Shown piece by piece: positions 1 through 13,483 of a DNA stretch of 64,000 nt. The notes beneath the pieces are model-generated. The model did not search any database. It worked only from the letters and a program-made list of their open reading frames with translations, and was not told where the DNA came from. Source of the DNA: Octopus vulgaris (Eukaryota); NCBI GenBank assembly GCA_951406725.2, contig OX597817.1:175770001-175834000 (forward strand). Reading direction: 5' to 3'. The stretch's first letter is position 1, and each line of letters opens with the position of its first letter. Made by a program: the position numbers and the translations under genes.

Positions 1-105
1 TCCACAGCACAGCCCGCTTCTAGTGCAGCAGAGTGCATGCTAAAGTAGCTGCAATAAACGTAGGCTCCAAACATTACTTGTCATATGACAAGTAACCATG
101 AACAC

Positions 106-361
106 TGGTGGTTTTCAATCATTTTTTTTACACATGGAGCCCTTTCATCCCTATTTTAATCAGGTGGAACCTCATAGCTATTCAATGTTTTAAAATCCTA
201 TTGTATTTTTTATTATTAAACATTATTAGGAATTGTATTAAAAAATTGTTTAAATATTTTGTGTATTGCAGAAATACGAGCAATTTCTTGCAGATAAATT
301 CCAACAACAAAATCTTATATGGACCATCAAGGGTCATATGCCCACCAATTGAGAACTACTG
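106..361. mobile_element. hAT (Charlie-like) MITE, degenerate; same family as 37617-37936
   Basis: Ends tggtggttttcaa...ttgagaactactg; the interior (tattttgtttttta..., aaatcttatatggac) aligns by eye with the 37617-37936 copy. Confidence 0.6.
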
Positions 362-1190
362 CTCTACACAAGCAATAGTAACCAAGAGAGATAGCCAAGA
401 TATCACTGGTATTTATTGTTTAGGTTTCCCCACTCCCTTCTCATATCCTGATCAGGGAACTTCTGGACTCAGAACATAGAGCAATGGAATTAAATAATGT
501 AAAACATTTAACCAATCATTCTTATTGCATCTGAAAAGTTTTATGCCTTCCAGTTGCTTGTCATGCTAGCATTAGCAACCAAACCTCTTTCAAGGTATTC
601 TCTATCCTCTTAAAATGAGAAGCGGGTTAGATTTTCTTTGAAGAAATAGCCTTGCTGGAAACTTCAAATCTCACTTCTCAGGGAACAAGCTTTTATCTCA
701 TTTCAACGAATTATGAAGCTCTTCGTCGTTATCAACCCAGTAGAGCAAAACTAATCTCAGTGGTATTAAAATTTGAAATAACTCTGTGTGTGTGTGTGTG
801 CGCGCGCGTATTATACATACATATATAGAGAGAGGGAGAGAGAGAGATAACATCTCTCTCCTTGAAATAGTTCACATCTCCTTCTGTCTTTCCACCTCTC
901 TCTGAATGAGAGAAAGCAGTGTGGATATAAAATTATATGCTAGCATATCAAAATAACGAACAAAATACAATGTATCCGAGTGCATAGACTTCTGATTCAA
1001 CATTAAAAGATATCTTTGCAGGATTATTTTCATTGAAAAAGCAAGCTGTATCTTTTCCACAAAGCTCAAAACACCAACCAGCCAACTAGCTCCAGTTATC
1101 TTGACAGCAACTAAACAACTCTCAAAGCCAAGTAGCTAAATGGTCACTAACAAATTACGACAAGATAAATATGAATAATCAAACACTAAG

Positions 1191-1229
<39 letters not shown>

Positions 1230-3136
1230 AACGTGTTTAAAATCTCATAAATTATGTTTTATATCTTTAAAGTAGAAGCACAAAAAGAAACCCATTCCGG
1301 ATGAGTACGAGTCTACGCACATTCTTGAGAAACGTGGGTGAAAGAGTAAAGGACAGAGGCAAAAAAGAACGTGAGGGACGAGTCGGAGTTTATGAATCAT
1401 ACTAAACATCCTTGGTGTACTCAACGATTCAATCAATTTCTCCAAGCCATTTTCCTCAAATGCATTAGCTACTCACAGCCATTTCTTACTACTACTACTA
1501 CCCCCAGAAAAAAAAGAAAAAAGAGAAAAGAATAAAAATTAAAACCTTAATGATTTCTCGCAATGATCACAATCAGATTTCAAATTCAGACATTCTTTTG
1601 GCTTACGATCATAAAATTGATAGTGGAAAATTATACGAAGCAATTGACACTGAAATTTAGGAATGAGATAAAAATTACAGAATTGTAATTTCCATATTTT
1701 TAGGATCCATGGTCTTGTTTCCACATGAAAAAAAAAAGAGAAAAGGGGTCGAAAAGTTTGAAAAGCTGTTTATTATCATTATTATTATAAACAAAATTGA
1801 AAAACACACTTGAAAGACTAAAAAGAAACAAATAGTATCAACTAATCAATTTTCAATGTAATCAAAACCAAAAAAGGAACCTGCACCCCCACCCCACCAA
1901 AAAAAAAAAAAAAAACGTGCAAAGCTTTATCACAAAGAGTGGATTTCATGCTTCAGAGTCGGAAACAGCTGCTGTTTACAAATGCCCAGAACATAAACCC
2001 TTTATTTAAACAGTACAAACAATATTCTTTAAGTATTTTCATTTAATTTCTTTTTATAAACTGTAATGACACCATGGAACGACAAAATTATTGTTTTTAA
2101 CTTAAGCTTTTATTAATTATACTTTTTTTTATATATTTTAGATATTTACAGGATAGTGTTCGATAAACTATCAACAATTGCAAGAAGGATTTACCAAGCT
2201 AAACCCATGGTCTAGCTTGGTGAAGCCCATTTTCCACAAACTATAGGAACAGAGAGAATTCTAACTCATCGTCGAAAGATAACGAAAACGCTCGTAAATG
2301 GCAATAGAGATACATCGGAAAATCGAGAGCTGCTCCTACTTTACAAGTTATAAATGAAATAACATCGGAGATGCTTTCCCTATGCAGAAACTACAAGAAC
2401 TCCCCCCAGAGGTCCTGCAGGCTCTTTGGAATCCATCACAAAGTCGGAAACCTTTCCATATAATCAGCAGATATCTCAGCGTCACAAGCATTTCACCGCT
2501 TATCCTGTATGCTTCACCTGAGTGAGGCTGCAAGGACTGAATTGATCTTCGTCTGCAGAAGCGTTCAATTTACAGTATCCTGTCAACCACAGCCCACTAG
2601 AGCTGGTTTCAGCTGCCATAAAAAAAAAGTTTCCTTCTCGAGTCATACCGACTCATTAAGGGTGATTTCCCGGCTTACATGGCATATATATTCCCCACCT
2701 GGACGGGACATCAGTCCGTCGCTTCCATATCTATCTCCTGTCTAGCTTTCTTCAACTGTCTGGACTCTAGAACAATCTTAATGTACGCTTGAGTGTTAGC
2801 TCTTTGTCATGCCCACAATGCACTGTTTACGACACGCAACAAGCCGCCTACATTCTACATTCTAAAGTTTGTAAAAAGATATTGTTCATTGGCTTCTAAA
2901 GACATAAAAGGAAACTGCACAATGTCTGATTGTATAGTAAAATATGAAGATGCACTAAAAGTGGATTTCCAATTAAAACTATCATAACGAAATATGGAGC
3001 AGGTGAAGTAAGCAATATTTGTTGTTATAATATTGGAAGAAACGTTTATAAATTATTCATAAAAAAACCAGAAAAACATAGCACAGAATATATAACAATA
3101 TTCAGTAAACAACCAAAAGCAACCATTTATAAGCAA

Positions 3137-3530
3137 CTAGACTAACCGTGACCCAATGGGTCACTAATAGTTCAAGGTACCTGAAAAAACTGCGTATCTC
3201 GGAAATCCGTAGCTCGATTTACGCAAAAACTTCAATTATTCCGTGTGTATTCAAATTTCAATGGTACCTTACTTTCAAAGCATTTCCCCATTATATGCCG
3301 GTTTGGCAATTTATAAAGGTACCACCTCCACCCCACCCCCACCCCCAAAAATCTGTATATCTTGGTAATCCATGGTCTGATTTACGCAAAATTCATTTTA
3401 TTCCATTTGTATTCACATGAGTATCTGATTCATAGCGTCTCTTGCTTTTTTCTCTTTCCCTCTGTTCCGCCAGATGCTCAGCCCTTGCTTTATCAGTCTC
3501 ATTGATCCTTCTATTCGCATGCCTGTCCCA
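3137..3530 (-). mobile_element. Helitron fragment (3' end plus N-terminal repeat-coding remnant)
   Basis: On the minus strand a hairpin gtgaccca-t-tgggtcac is followed by CTAG|T at 3137. The adjacent minus ORF reads HANRRINETDKARAEHLAEQREREKSKRRYES, resembling the charged ET..QR..RL..QR repeats of Helitron Rep-Hel N-termini. Confidence 0.5.
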
Positions 3531-3536
3531 ATCTTG

Positions 3537-4020
3537 GGTAAATATTTCGTAAAGGACCCGTTCGTATTTCAGTGTGAAATTATTTTTTCCACGGGTTTTT
3601 TCGAGTGCATTCAACGTATCTCACCTCCAAACCCACTGCAAGCCACTTTCTTCCGGAAAAGAAAGTGGGGAAGGGTTGTTGGGACCTTAGAGATTCCCGG
3701 GAAACTGAATAACCCATTAATGGAGTTTTGTTTTGAGAGTTTCTTTTTCTTCTTTTCCAGGTTATTTCGCATACTGTGACATCGAAATCACACGTAAACG
3801 GCTCCTTTCCCCAGAAAAGGAAAGATTTGGCTGCTATTTCTTGCATGCCCTTCTACCACATAACAGCTATTTCGAGTCCTTTGTTGCAAATAGCTGTTAC
3901 GTGGTAGCAAGGCGTGCTAGAAATAGCAACCAAATCTTTGGATGAGATACATTGAATGCACTCAAAACCAAAACCTATGGAAAAAAAATCATTTCACACC
4001 GAGGTTACGAAATATTTACC
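3537..4020. mobile_element. Palindromic non-autonomous DNA element (MITE) with long imperfect TIRs
   Basis: ggtaaatatttcgtaa (3537) pairs with ttacgaaatatttacc (4020); gagtgcattcaacgtatctca pairs with tgagatacattgaatgcactc; an inner palindrome lies at about 3825-3935 (gctgctatttc...gaaatagcaacc). Confidence 0.65.
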
Positions 4021-4546
4021 GTATTTTTAAAGTCCTTTTCACTTTAAAATATTTTTTAAATATGCAAAAAAAAAAATTATAGTGGTATTCACTTGAAAAT
4101 AATTTTTAAAAAAACATTAAAATATTGTCTGTTTAAAGAAAGCTAAAATATAAATATTGCACAAACAACTTACATTTTTGAAATTACATTCACTTAAAAA
4201 TATTTCTAAATGATTAAAATATTGCATTTAACAAAAGCGAAAACACAACTCGTATCTTTTCGTTGGCAAGTTAAAGTCACTAATGTGTCTAATCGAAAGG
4301 TTAAAGTTTCTTCCCTTTCAGGGTTAAGTTACTTTCGGAGTATTTTCCCATTATGCACCGTTTTGGGTACTAATACCCCACAAATCCCCAATATCTCAAG
4401 AACCAGTTGTCCGATTTATAAACCTTCCTTCCAAGCCCTGCAGTAAACAGTGGAAGTGAGTCAGAACGTTAAAACTTAGTGTCCATGCACAGCAGAGTTC
4501 AAAATCAATTTGTGCTAAGCGTCTACACTCTGCGTGCTTTGGCTTC

Positions 4547-4560
4547 GTTACTATGGCAAC
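4547..4560. promoter_or_regulatory. RFX X-box-like palindrome GTTACTATGGCAAC
   Basis: Matches the X-box consensus GTTNCCATGGNAAC with one mismatch and lies in a CpG-containing stretch (about 4500-4760). Confidence 0.35.
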
Positions 4561-4764
4561 AGTCCGGATAATTATTGATCAGACCTCTAAGTGAGTGATT
4601 ACGAGTGAGAGTCTAGGAGAGACTGTGTGTCACTATGTGTGTGTGTGTTGGCAAACACAGCTGCTTGCATGTCTGTTGGTTGCGTACACTCAAACCCGAC
4701 AAAGTTAAAGCAAACGAAAAACAAAAGGAAATCCAGTATGGACGCCGGAAAGATCGAAAGCAGT

Positions 4765-5842
4765 GGTTTGCGCTTTGTTGGCATTGTTTGTTGACTCATC
4801 AATTTGTAATGCAAAATGTGAATACTAAAGTTTATTACTACAAACATTTTTCTCAATATTAAATGTCATTTCTACAATACATCTGTGAATATTTTCGTTG
4901 GACAGAGGGATCTTATTCATTTCTGTTTCTGCCTCATTTCCCAGCATTGTCTTCACAGTCTTCTTACACACAGGTAGAATGAGTGACTCGCCTAAAGTAT
5001 GAGCTTTCAAATTTTGTGTTATCAATTCTGAAACTTCGTAAGAAGCGATTTGAGCTTTTTCAGTTCCAGCTATCGTCTGGTGTTCTAACAATCGTTTGAA
5101 ATAACTCCTAGGTTTACTTTGTAGATGAGAGTGCTTAGTTTTAAAATGCTTGCTCGGTTTATTAGGAACCAATGATTCGTTTGATAATTTTACATCCACA
5201 TATTAAACATAGCGGCAAAGGATCACAATGTTTCCAGTCCAATAAAAACCAAATCCTAAATAACTTTCGTCGTATTTACGAGTAGACCGCGATTTGGCTC
5301 TCGTACAGAAACTGTTTCCGCTATGTTCACTTCTGCAATCATATTCACCTTTCTGTTTTAGTTATCTATCAATTTGTATGGGTGTATTATTGTATATTTA
5401 TCTGGAACTTTTATCTATCGTTTATTTTTAACAAATGTAACACTATAATAGTCTAAAATTCCATTAAGTGTTAAAGTTTTAGATGAGTGGATAGATATAT
5501 CAGTAATAGGAATATGAATCACGAGAAAACATTGCACTATTTATCATAACACTTCAACCTACAGAACCTATTACTGTTACCGCTACACTACAGCGTAGCC
5601 ATGTTAGAACAAGTTTACAACGTGCATAAAACCTTCTTCCGGACAACCGGCTGTTCCTTGCTGAATATCTTTCTGCTCTTAACATAATAATAATGATCTG
5701 CTGAACTGAGGATATAATGTACTATGAATTCATTTCTTTTTATCATCACAAATATCTACCGAGACCTTAAAATTTCGTGGACACACCTAAGTATGTCTCT
5801 CAGCGCATTGGTGCGCTCGGGCACACCCTCTGTGAACCACTG
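4765..5842 (-). pseudogene. hAT Charlie/Buster-type transposase pseudogene with left TIR
   Basis: The minus strand encodes RKYDESYLGFGF...PLPLCLICG (BED finger), KLSNESLVPNK..KHFKTKH, ASYEVS..HTLGESLILP, IPLSNE and, after a stop, FALQIDEST (catalytic D motif). Frameshifts and stops are present. The terminus cagtggttc at 5842 is flanked by an 8-mer with central TA (atctaaat). Confidence 0.85.
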
Positions 5843-5912
5843 ATCTAAATCAAAGTTGACTCCAGTGAGAGTTGGAACAACAAAACAAGAGTCAAACTGA
5901 AGAGTGCAGTCC

Positions 5913-5949
<37 letters not shown>

Positions 5950-5994
5950 GACAGATTTAATCATGGCTGAACTTCTTTGATAATAGTTGAACCC

Positions 5995-6210
5995 AAGCGA
6001 AGGTCGCGTGGTAGCAGAATTGTTAACACGTCGAACAAAATGTTTAACGGAATTTTTTTCCAGATCTTTACGTTCTGAGTTCAAATGCCGCCGAGGTCGA
6101 CTTTGCTTTGCTTTTCATCGTTTGGACACGATAAAATACCAAATGTGCATTGGAATCGATATAATCGACTCTCCTCGAAACTGCTGGCATTGTGCCAAAA
6201 TTAGAAGAAA
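5995..6210 (+). mobile_element. tRNA-derived SINE with Nin/Deu-like central domain, degenerate
   Basis: gcagaattgttaacacg...gagttcaaatgccgccgaggtcgactttgc...gataaaataccaa; same family as 7787-8005. Confidence 0.7.
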
Positions 6211-6803
6211 TATTTCAAGTTAACCAAAGCCATGCAAGAGCGAAACAACGACTATATTGATAGCTCGTTTAGTCTTGTTTTTTCCCTCTCTCTCCATAAG
6301 CTTCAGATCACGACACATTTGTAAATTTTATAAGATTAAAAAGAAAAAGTGATTTAAAATTTTCACCTCACCCTGCCTCTCCCACCCCACAAGTTTTCAC
6401 CTTCGCCATTTTCTTCTTTTCTTTTTTATATTTGAACCACCATGTTCAAAGCTTAAAGATGCAAAAATCACTTGTGTAATTTTAATGCAGGTGCTATTCG
6501 GTATTAAAAAGAAAAAAAGATTCGTTTTCAATTTTTTTTCTTTTCGCTATCCACCAACATGAAAAAGTTATATGTATTTGTAAGATGGAAGACAAATCAC
6601 AACACAACACACAATCCTCAAGATATTCAGAAAGATGGTGGAAAGCGGGAAAGAGAATCTGTAGGACAGTGGATACTTAACAGGAAACAACTAAACAGCT
6701 AAAGTTTCCACCTGCACCCTATTTTGCCTCCTTTCTTAACGGAAACAATAAGTTTTTTTTATTCATTTATCTATTTTTCTTGTGTGTGTGCGTGTGTGTA
6801 AGG

Positions 6804-6927
6804 AGATAGATAGATATAGATAGATAGAGATAGATATAGATAGAGATAGATATATATAGATATATAGATAGATAGATAAATAGATAGATAGATGGATAGA
6901 TAGATAAATAGATATATAAATAGATAG

Positions 6928-6959
<32 letters not shown>

Positions 6960-7042
6960 AGATATATAGATATAGATAGATAGATAGATAGATAGATATA
7001 GATAGATAGATAGATAGAGCTAGATAGACAGACAGACAGATA
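6804..7042 (+). repeat. (GATA)n-type compound microsatellite
   Basis: Directly visible tandem gata/gatata/gaca units. Confidence 0.95.
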
Positions 7043-7786
7043 GGGGAGGTTATAATTCTTTTCCGTTGTTGTACTATTTGTTTGATTGTTTGTATTTTTG
7101 CATTTTCAGTACAACAACGCCACCGACAGCGACTCAGAAGAATATTGACTCTTGAAGTGTTTACTCTCTCATCCCCGTATTTCATGACATCTGCTGAACG
7201 ACCTCGAGAACGATATTTCCGATTCATCGGGTTCGTTAGCAAACAAACCACCACAAAACATTAAGTGGCAAGCACCTCTGCTCTCCAAGGTTCCTTGTCC
7301 CATCACACCCTCGCAACATTCAAATTTCTAATTAGATTATGCCTAGCATTAGGGAATAGACACAGAAGAAACCCGACTACCATTAAAACAAGTGTTTCCT
7401 TACAGTTAAGAGAAAGATTTAAAAAAAAAAAAAGAATGAAAGAAAGTGAAATCGGAAGAAACAAACAACTCAGTTCATAGAAGTTGTGACTGCGTCTGGA
7501 GATTAAATATTAAATTAATGACGTACTTGATGGAAAGTAAAAATACACACACAGAACGTATGGTTCTGGAGTTCGTTGGCAAATTGCCTTGAGTCGACTT
7601 AGTAAATGAAGCTAGGACGGGGGAAACTGTATGGAAACCCAGCGTGTGGCTTATTTATTATTATTATTTTTTTTTATATACTTTTCAGCCACGTGGCAGT
7701 GGTCATGATAGAGCAGAAACATGAAAAACAAAGGTTATTTAAGGTTTCGGTGAGCTTCGGACTCACGACCATCTACGTGTTAAACC

Positions 7787-8005
7787 TATTTCTTTATTAC
7801 CCACAAGGGGCTAAACAAGGACAGACATAGGTATTAAGTCGATTACATCGACCCCAGTGCGTAACTGGTACTTAATTTATCGACCCCGAAAGGATGAAAG
7901 GCAAAGTCGACCTCGGCGGAATTTGAACTCAGAACATAACGGCAGACGAAATACCGCTAAGCATTTCGCCCAGCGTGCTAACGTTTCTGCCAGCTCGCCG
8001 CCTTG
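7787..8005 (-). mobile_element. Full-length tRNA-derived SINE (Nin/Deu-domain type) with 11-bp TSD
   Basis: Minus strand: ggcggcgagctggcagaaacgttagc (A box), gagttcaaattcc (B box), gcctttcatcctttcggggtcgataaattaagtaccag. TSD cgtgttaaacc at 7776-7786 and 8006-8016. Confidence 0.9.
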
Positions 8006-8364
8006 CGTGTTAAACCGATGTGATTACTAACTACACTATGAAACTTGTAAATCAAAAGCCAAACAGCCAAATCTCCTTCAGATCACTTTCTTCCGCCTAC
8101 CGTCAAAAAAGATAGAATAACGATGTAATAAATATACATTCCTATATATAGTAACCGAGCAAAAGATGGGATGGTCACTGTTGAAGCATTTAGTCGAAGA
8201 GGGGTAGTGTCGACCTGAACAATAAACGGATCTAGTTAAGTTCATTCACAAAATGAGCCCCCTTTATTTTTGCTCAGATTACTATCAGTTTTGGTGTATC
8301 AATGCAACTCTGAATTTTGATTACGATCAACCAATTACTTTATCTCGTAAATTAAAGAATCTGA

Positions 8365-8560
8365 CACAGTTCTATATTTAAGAGATGAAGAATTATTTAC
8401 ATTATTTACATTCGATGGATATTTGTTCTCATCTTGTTTGTTGTTAACCCAACTTTTCGGCTGATATACCCTCCAGCCTTCTTCTGGTATCTTGGGGAAA
8501 TTTCGAACCTGGGTTCCCATTCCTAAGGTATTTTCGATGTTATTATTATTATTGTTCAGG
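8365..8560 (-). mobile_element. Penelope-like pseudo-LTR remnant with decayed minimal hammerhead
   Basis: Minus 8491-8446 reads gatac CAGAAGA aggctg-gagggtatat-cagcc GAAA agtt gggtt: hammerhead layout with core mutations. Confidence 0.5.
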
Positions 8561-9903
8561 TCATACAATCAGTGAAGAGACAAAAGAAACAGTAAGATTT
8601 ATACATGTTGATTTTATTAGGTATTTCTGTTTATTCAGAAACCTACAATGAACAGGTAATTTCACAGACGCTAAACTATAAATTTCACAAGGTACAACCG
8701 TAAAGTTGACACCGCTTCACTAAATGCAGAAAATTTCTGTCTCGCTATTGGCTAAAAATATAGTTTTTTTGTTTTCGATTTTTAAACCTCTGTAACTTTT
8801 TCCTCCAATTTTTTTCTCCACAACACCATACCTTCATAGCAATAAGACTGGAAAACTACACTATTATAGCCGATTTTCAGATGTTTTACTTCCTTATAAA
8901 AAAAATGCATATTTTGCAAATCAGTTTGACTAAATCCCAATTAACAAGTACGGAAGATGGTGAGAGAGAGGGGAAACAGGAAGTCTTTCACTTTGGAATA
9001 ATTTCATTTACGTCATTCATATATACCATGCAGAAAGTCATGAGTATATGTAACCTCTGTTATATGCTCTATAGTGGACCAAACGATGAAGAAGTTCGTT
9101 TCGCAATCACGAGTTCTATTCCTCTCCATAACAAGTGTCTTTAGTCCACGTATTTACAATAAAGATTGGTAGTAACAGTATCATTTATTTTTTAATTGCA
9201 AGAATGCCGTCCACACACACACCCCACCAAACGGGAGAAAATCCTTGAAAAAAAGATCTAGGATTGTTCTAAGATTACTTTTGATTGGCATTTCCAATCC
9301 TATTTAAAAAGAAACTGGAAAATATTTCAGGAAGGCTGCATCCTATTTTGAAACAGAAATAAGGAAAATCTTACAAAATACCTTAAATCAATATATAGTA
9401 TTCAGACGTTATACACACACACACACACACACATCATTCGGTTTTAACAACTGAATTTGAAGTAAATAAAGATATAAAAAAAAACAGCACTTAAATATTG
9501 GCCTTAAAGATCTCAAGTGAAAAAAAAAGTCGAAACGACCATATATATATATTATGCGTGCGCGTACACACATACACCCACATAGATCGTATGCTTATAA
9601 GTCAAGTTACAAAAACAAACCTTAAACTCAAGGATTGCTCAACACTGTTTTGTATTCTTTGACTTTTACAAGGATGAAGTCCAGAGTGACTTCGAAGATT
9701 AGGCCTGCTCGCCACTATCATTATAAAGGCAAGCAACACGCCGAAACTTGGAGGGCGGGGCTCTAAGACTCTTTCTCATAAATGTCAATAAATGCGCGCA
9801 TGTGTCACGTGATCGACCTGACCATAGGATGTTGTCCCGCATCATTTTAGCTTTCGTTTAATGTTACCCGGCTGGCTGGGCAAGCAGAGGCCTGGAGGCT
9901 ATT

Positions 9904-11712
9904 CGGATCTTTTCTTTTTGAAAGCCAGATTTTTCAGATTTTTCTAGTTAACTAAGTAATTTGAAACTTCGTATACTGGTAGAATGTGTCAAAAGAAAAC
10001 AATAATTTCAACTAGTTTTTTTGACAAAAATGTATTTTATAAGTTTAAACATAGTTTAAATCTGCGAATTTTAACCAATCGTATTCTCTGTATTCAGTTG
10101 AAATTATTTGCTCCTTCTAAACATATTGTTACTGTGACGTAAACAGCACACACGTACTGTTTACTTTGGATGAATAATAAACACATATTCAGTGTTTTTG
10201 TATAGGCTTCGGGTGTTTTCTCTATACAATGTATATATTTACTATAAACTTGTGCACACACACACTTTGATTCTTCAGTTTGACACATGCCTTGAACCGG
10301 TTATTTGGCTTGTATGCACCCACATACACACACGTACCCATCCATACACATACTCGCACATAATCAGGGCCTCTCTGCGTTTTCGCTCGTCGATGTGCTA
10401 GGAATAACACCCAAATTCCCTTAAAACCATATACTACTGGGTTAAAGGAAGGGTACATTGGCTAATATAATCATAGAAGCTATATCTGAAAAAAGGAGGG
10501 GGGCGCAAAAATACGGGTTGGTCATAGTTGGAACCCTTTGATCCTCAACCGGGTTTATCAGGATGACCTGAGTTAAGTAGCAATAACAATATATTTGTAA
10601 TATTGATTATAGACACAAAGCATATATTTTGGGGTGAGTGGAGGGTATAATCATTTATATCGATCTCCAATACTTGATCGATGTATTTTCTCGACTGTGG
10701 AAGAACAGACGGCTTGTTTTGAATTCCGGTGAGGGTTGAAACCCGAACGTATAGGACCGTATCCCTAAACATTCTAACAGTCCTTTACCAAGCCCTTGTC
10801 AGCATGTAATATCATCTGATCCACATTATCTCTCTATTATTTGTCCATGCGTAAAAATATATCATCAAGGTGACATAGTTAAACTTCGACGAAAAATATA
10901 ATGTAAAGCTGGCAGAATCGGTAGTGCATCGGATAAAATGCCTAGCGTCATTTCTTACGAATCTTTATGTTCCGTGTTCGAATATTGCTGAGCTTTCCTT
11001 CTTTCGGGCAGCGCTTATAGAATAAGTACCAGTTGAATACAATTGACTAGTTCTTCCCATCAGCTTCAGGCCTTGTACTTACTGGGGAAAGAAATATTAT
11101 TAAGGAAGGGGGTGGGGCAAGCTGGCAGAATCGTTCGTGCGTCGGACAAAATACCTTGTGGCATTTCTTCCGACTCCTCACGTTACCATTGTCATTGACT
11201 TTACCTTTCATGATCAATTAAGTACCAGTCAATGTAATCAATTAACCCCTCCTCCCAAATTGTTGGTCTTGTGCCAAAATTTTGTGCAATTTTATTTTTT
11301 ATATCGAAACTAAATTACCGAAACCCTCCAAAAATTTACCATCGAAATTTCATTTTATTCTCGACAGCTATTTCGAAAGCCCGCCGTATTTTTATTATTA
11401 TTCTGTCTGTTTAGGACTTTGTTATATGGGACGGTGATGTTTACATTTTAGATACGTTAACTACGTCACAAAATAGCTGTTTACGTCCGTCACAGTAACA
11501 ATATTTTGAGAAGCAGTAAATAATATGAGGCCGAAAGAAAGAATATCATTGGTTAAAATTCGAATTTTTAAACAACTTTAAACTTAGAAATTACAATTCC
11601 GTTTTCATTTTGGTTTACAATTATGTTTTCTTTTGACACATTCTACGAGTATACGAAGTTTCAAATTGTTTAGTTAACTAGGAAAATCTGGCTTTCAAAA
11701 GGAAAAGATCCG
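9904..11712. mobile_element. Non-autonomous DNA transposon with ~240-bp imperfect TIRs and 6-bp TSD
   Basis: Arms 9904-10147 and 11477-11712 are reverse complements (cggatcttttc..gaaagccagattt). gctatt is duplicated at 9898-9903 and 11713-11718. Two decayed SINEs are nested inside. Confidence 0.8.
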
Positions 11713-11771
11713 GCTATTCTGTCACTGGTTTACTTATTTATAAAGCTGAGTGGACAGGAGCAACATGAGAA

Positions 11772-11812
<41 letters not shown>

Positions 11813-13449
11813 CATACACACATACATATAAACACAACAGGAGGGAGAGAGGCAGGGCATAGAGAAATGGGAGGAGAGAAAAAGACAGTAAGGACAAGGA
11901 AATGGTAAGAGAAGGTAAGGGGAAATGGAAGAAGAGAGAAAAACTACGGGGGGGGGAGAATAAAGAGAAAGTAAGTGGGGAAGGAAGAGGGAACGGGAGA
12001 TAAGATTATTGTTGCTGAGATCTGCTGAAAACCCAGGAATGGAATGCGAGTCGGACAGAAGACCAACAAGTCAATTATTTGGAATGTGCACCAGATATTT
12101 TATCTCATTTAAATGCCCTGCTCTTCGCCCCCCCCCCCCCCGTCCCCAGCACCCTTTGCCATAGGAATGCACAAATCACGTCCTACAAGCATATGAAAAT
12201 TTCTCGACTTCATTTGATATATATATAATAGGCAATGAAACCTTTTACGGGCAACAATGAATTCCAAATTAGTAAAGATATGGAAAGGAAAAAAAGTGGG
12301 ACATGACAAAACCCACTACATTTTGAAACATTTCTTTTTGTTTGTTTGTTTTAAAAATCTCTGCATTTATTGTTCATTATCGTTGGATAATTTTGTGATT
12401 TAGGCACAAAGTTAGCTTTTTTTTTAGTTTTGTTTTAATTACTTATTTGTAATGGTGGGAGAATAGTCAATTAAATCTATCCCAGTTATTTGATTGCTGC
12501 TTTATTTGGCGAACCTTCAGTATACGTACACACGTGACTTTGTTTACATTTCTGAAGATAACAGAAACCCTTTTCTCCCACCCCTAACCCTAACACAAAC
12601 CCCCCCTATATAAAAAAAACACTTTCTTGAAATGTATCCGGTACTTCCGGTACTTACACCGGTACATATACCGAAGTTACGCCCTTTATTTTATTAACAC
12701 TGGAAGGATAAAGAGCAAAGTCGACTCTGGGAAGGATTGGAAACCAGAACGTAAAAATAAAAAAAAAACAATCGTTTCTGATTTAAGTAAAGGACCAACA
12801 GTTTTTGAATGAAGGGAATTAATCGATTGTAACGACCCTAATACTTAATTAGTATTTTAATTTGTCCGCCCCATAAAGGATGAAAAGCAAATTTGACTCG
12901 TGAGATTTGAATTCAGAGCATAGACATGAATATAATGCTTCCTCATTTACGCACAAAATCAACAATTTTTGAGGAGAGGGAATGAGTGGACAACAAATGG
13001 TCCCCCAGTACATGATTGATACTTTGCTTTTCATCCTTCTGGAATCGATAAAATAAAGTTGACTCCGGCTACATTTGAACTCAGAGTGTATAAAAACCAA
13101 GACATATGATTCTGCCACACCACCGCCCTCAATGTGGTATAAATAGTGAGACGTTGAGTAGTATAATTTGTAACCTAGTTTTAATTCTCAATTTACTTCA
13201 TTATTAGTCAATCAGTCCACAGGATCTCGTTTCTCTCCCAATACGCTGACGGTTTCACATTAGCTAAAAAACATCAACGCCATCGACATCATAGCAGTAA
13301 TAGTAGCAGCGGCAGCAGCTAGTTCCAATGATTGGGTCGATGAAGAAATCAGAAACTGTCGTTTCTTATCTCCCTCGAGGGCAAACTGATTTTTGTAAAA
13401 ATACTGAAGCCCACCAGTTTGAAAAAACAATAACCTAATAAGCTGTGGT

Positions 13450-13482
<33 letters not shown>

Positions 13483-13483
<1 letters not shown>

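Noticed and set aside
4753-4768. atcgaaag|cagtggtt as the second hAT terminus
   Set aside because: Only a 6/8 match to the putative TSD, and it abuts the transposase reading frame, so chance is plausible.
6763-7254. 163-aa minus ORF
   Set aside because: Mostly translation of (TATC)n.
7110-7290. Possible plus-strand exon after the acceptor ttttgcattttcag
   Set aside because: Stops occur in all three frames, no recognisable protein, weak donor, and no partner exons identified.
12582-12594. Telomere-like ccctaaccctaac
   Set aside because: Only two units, which is expected by chance.
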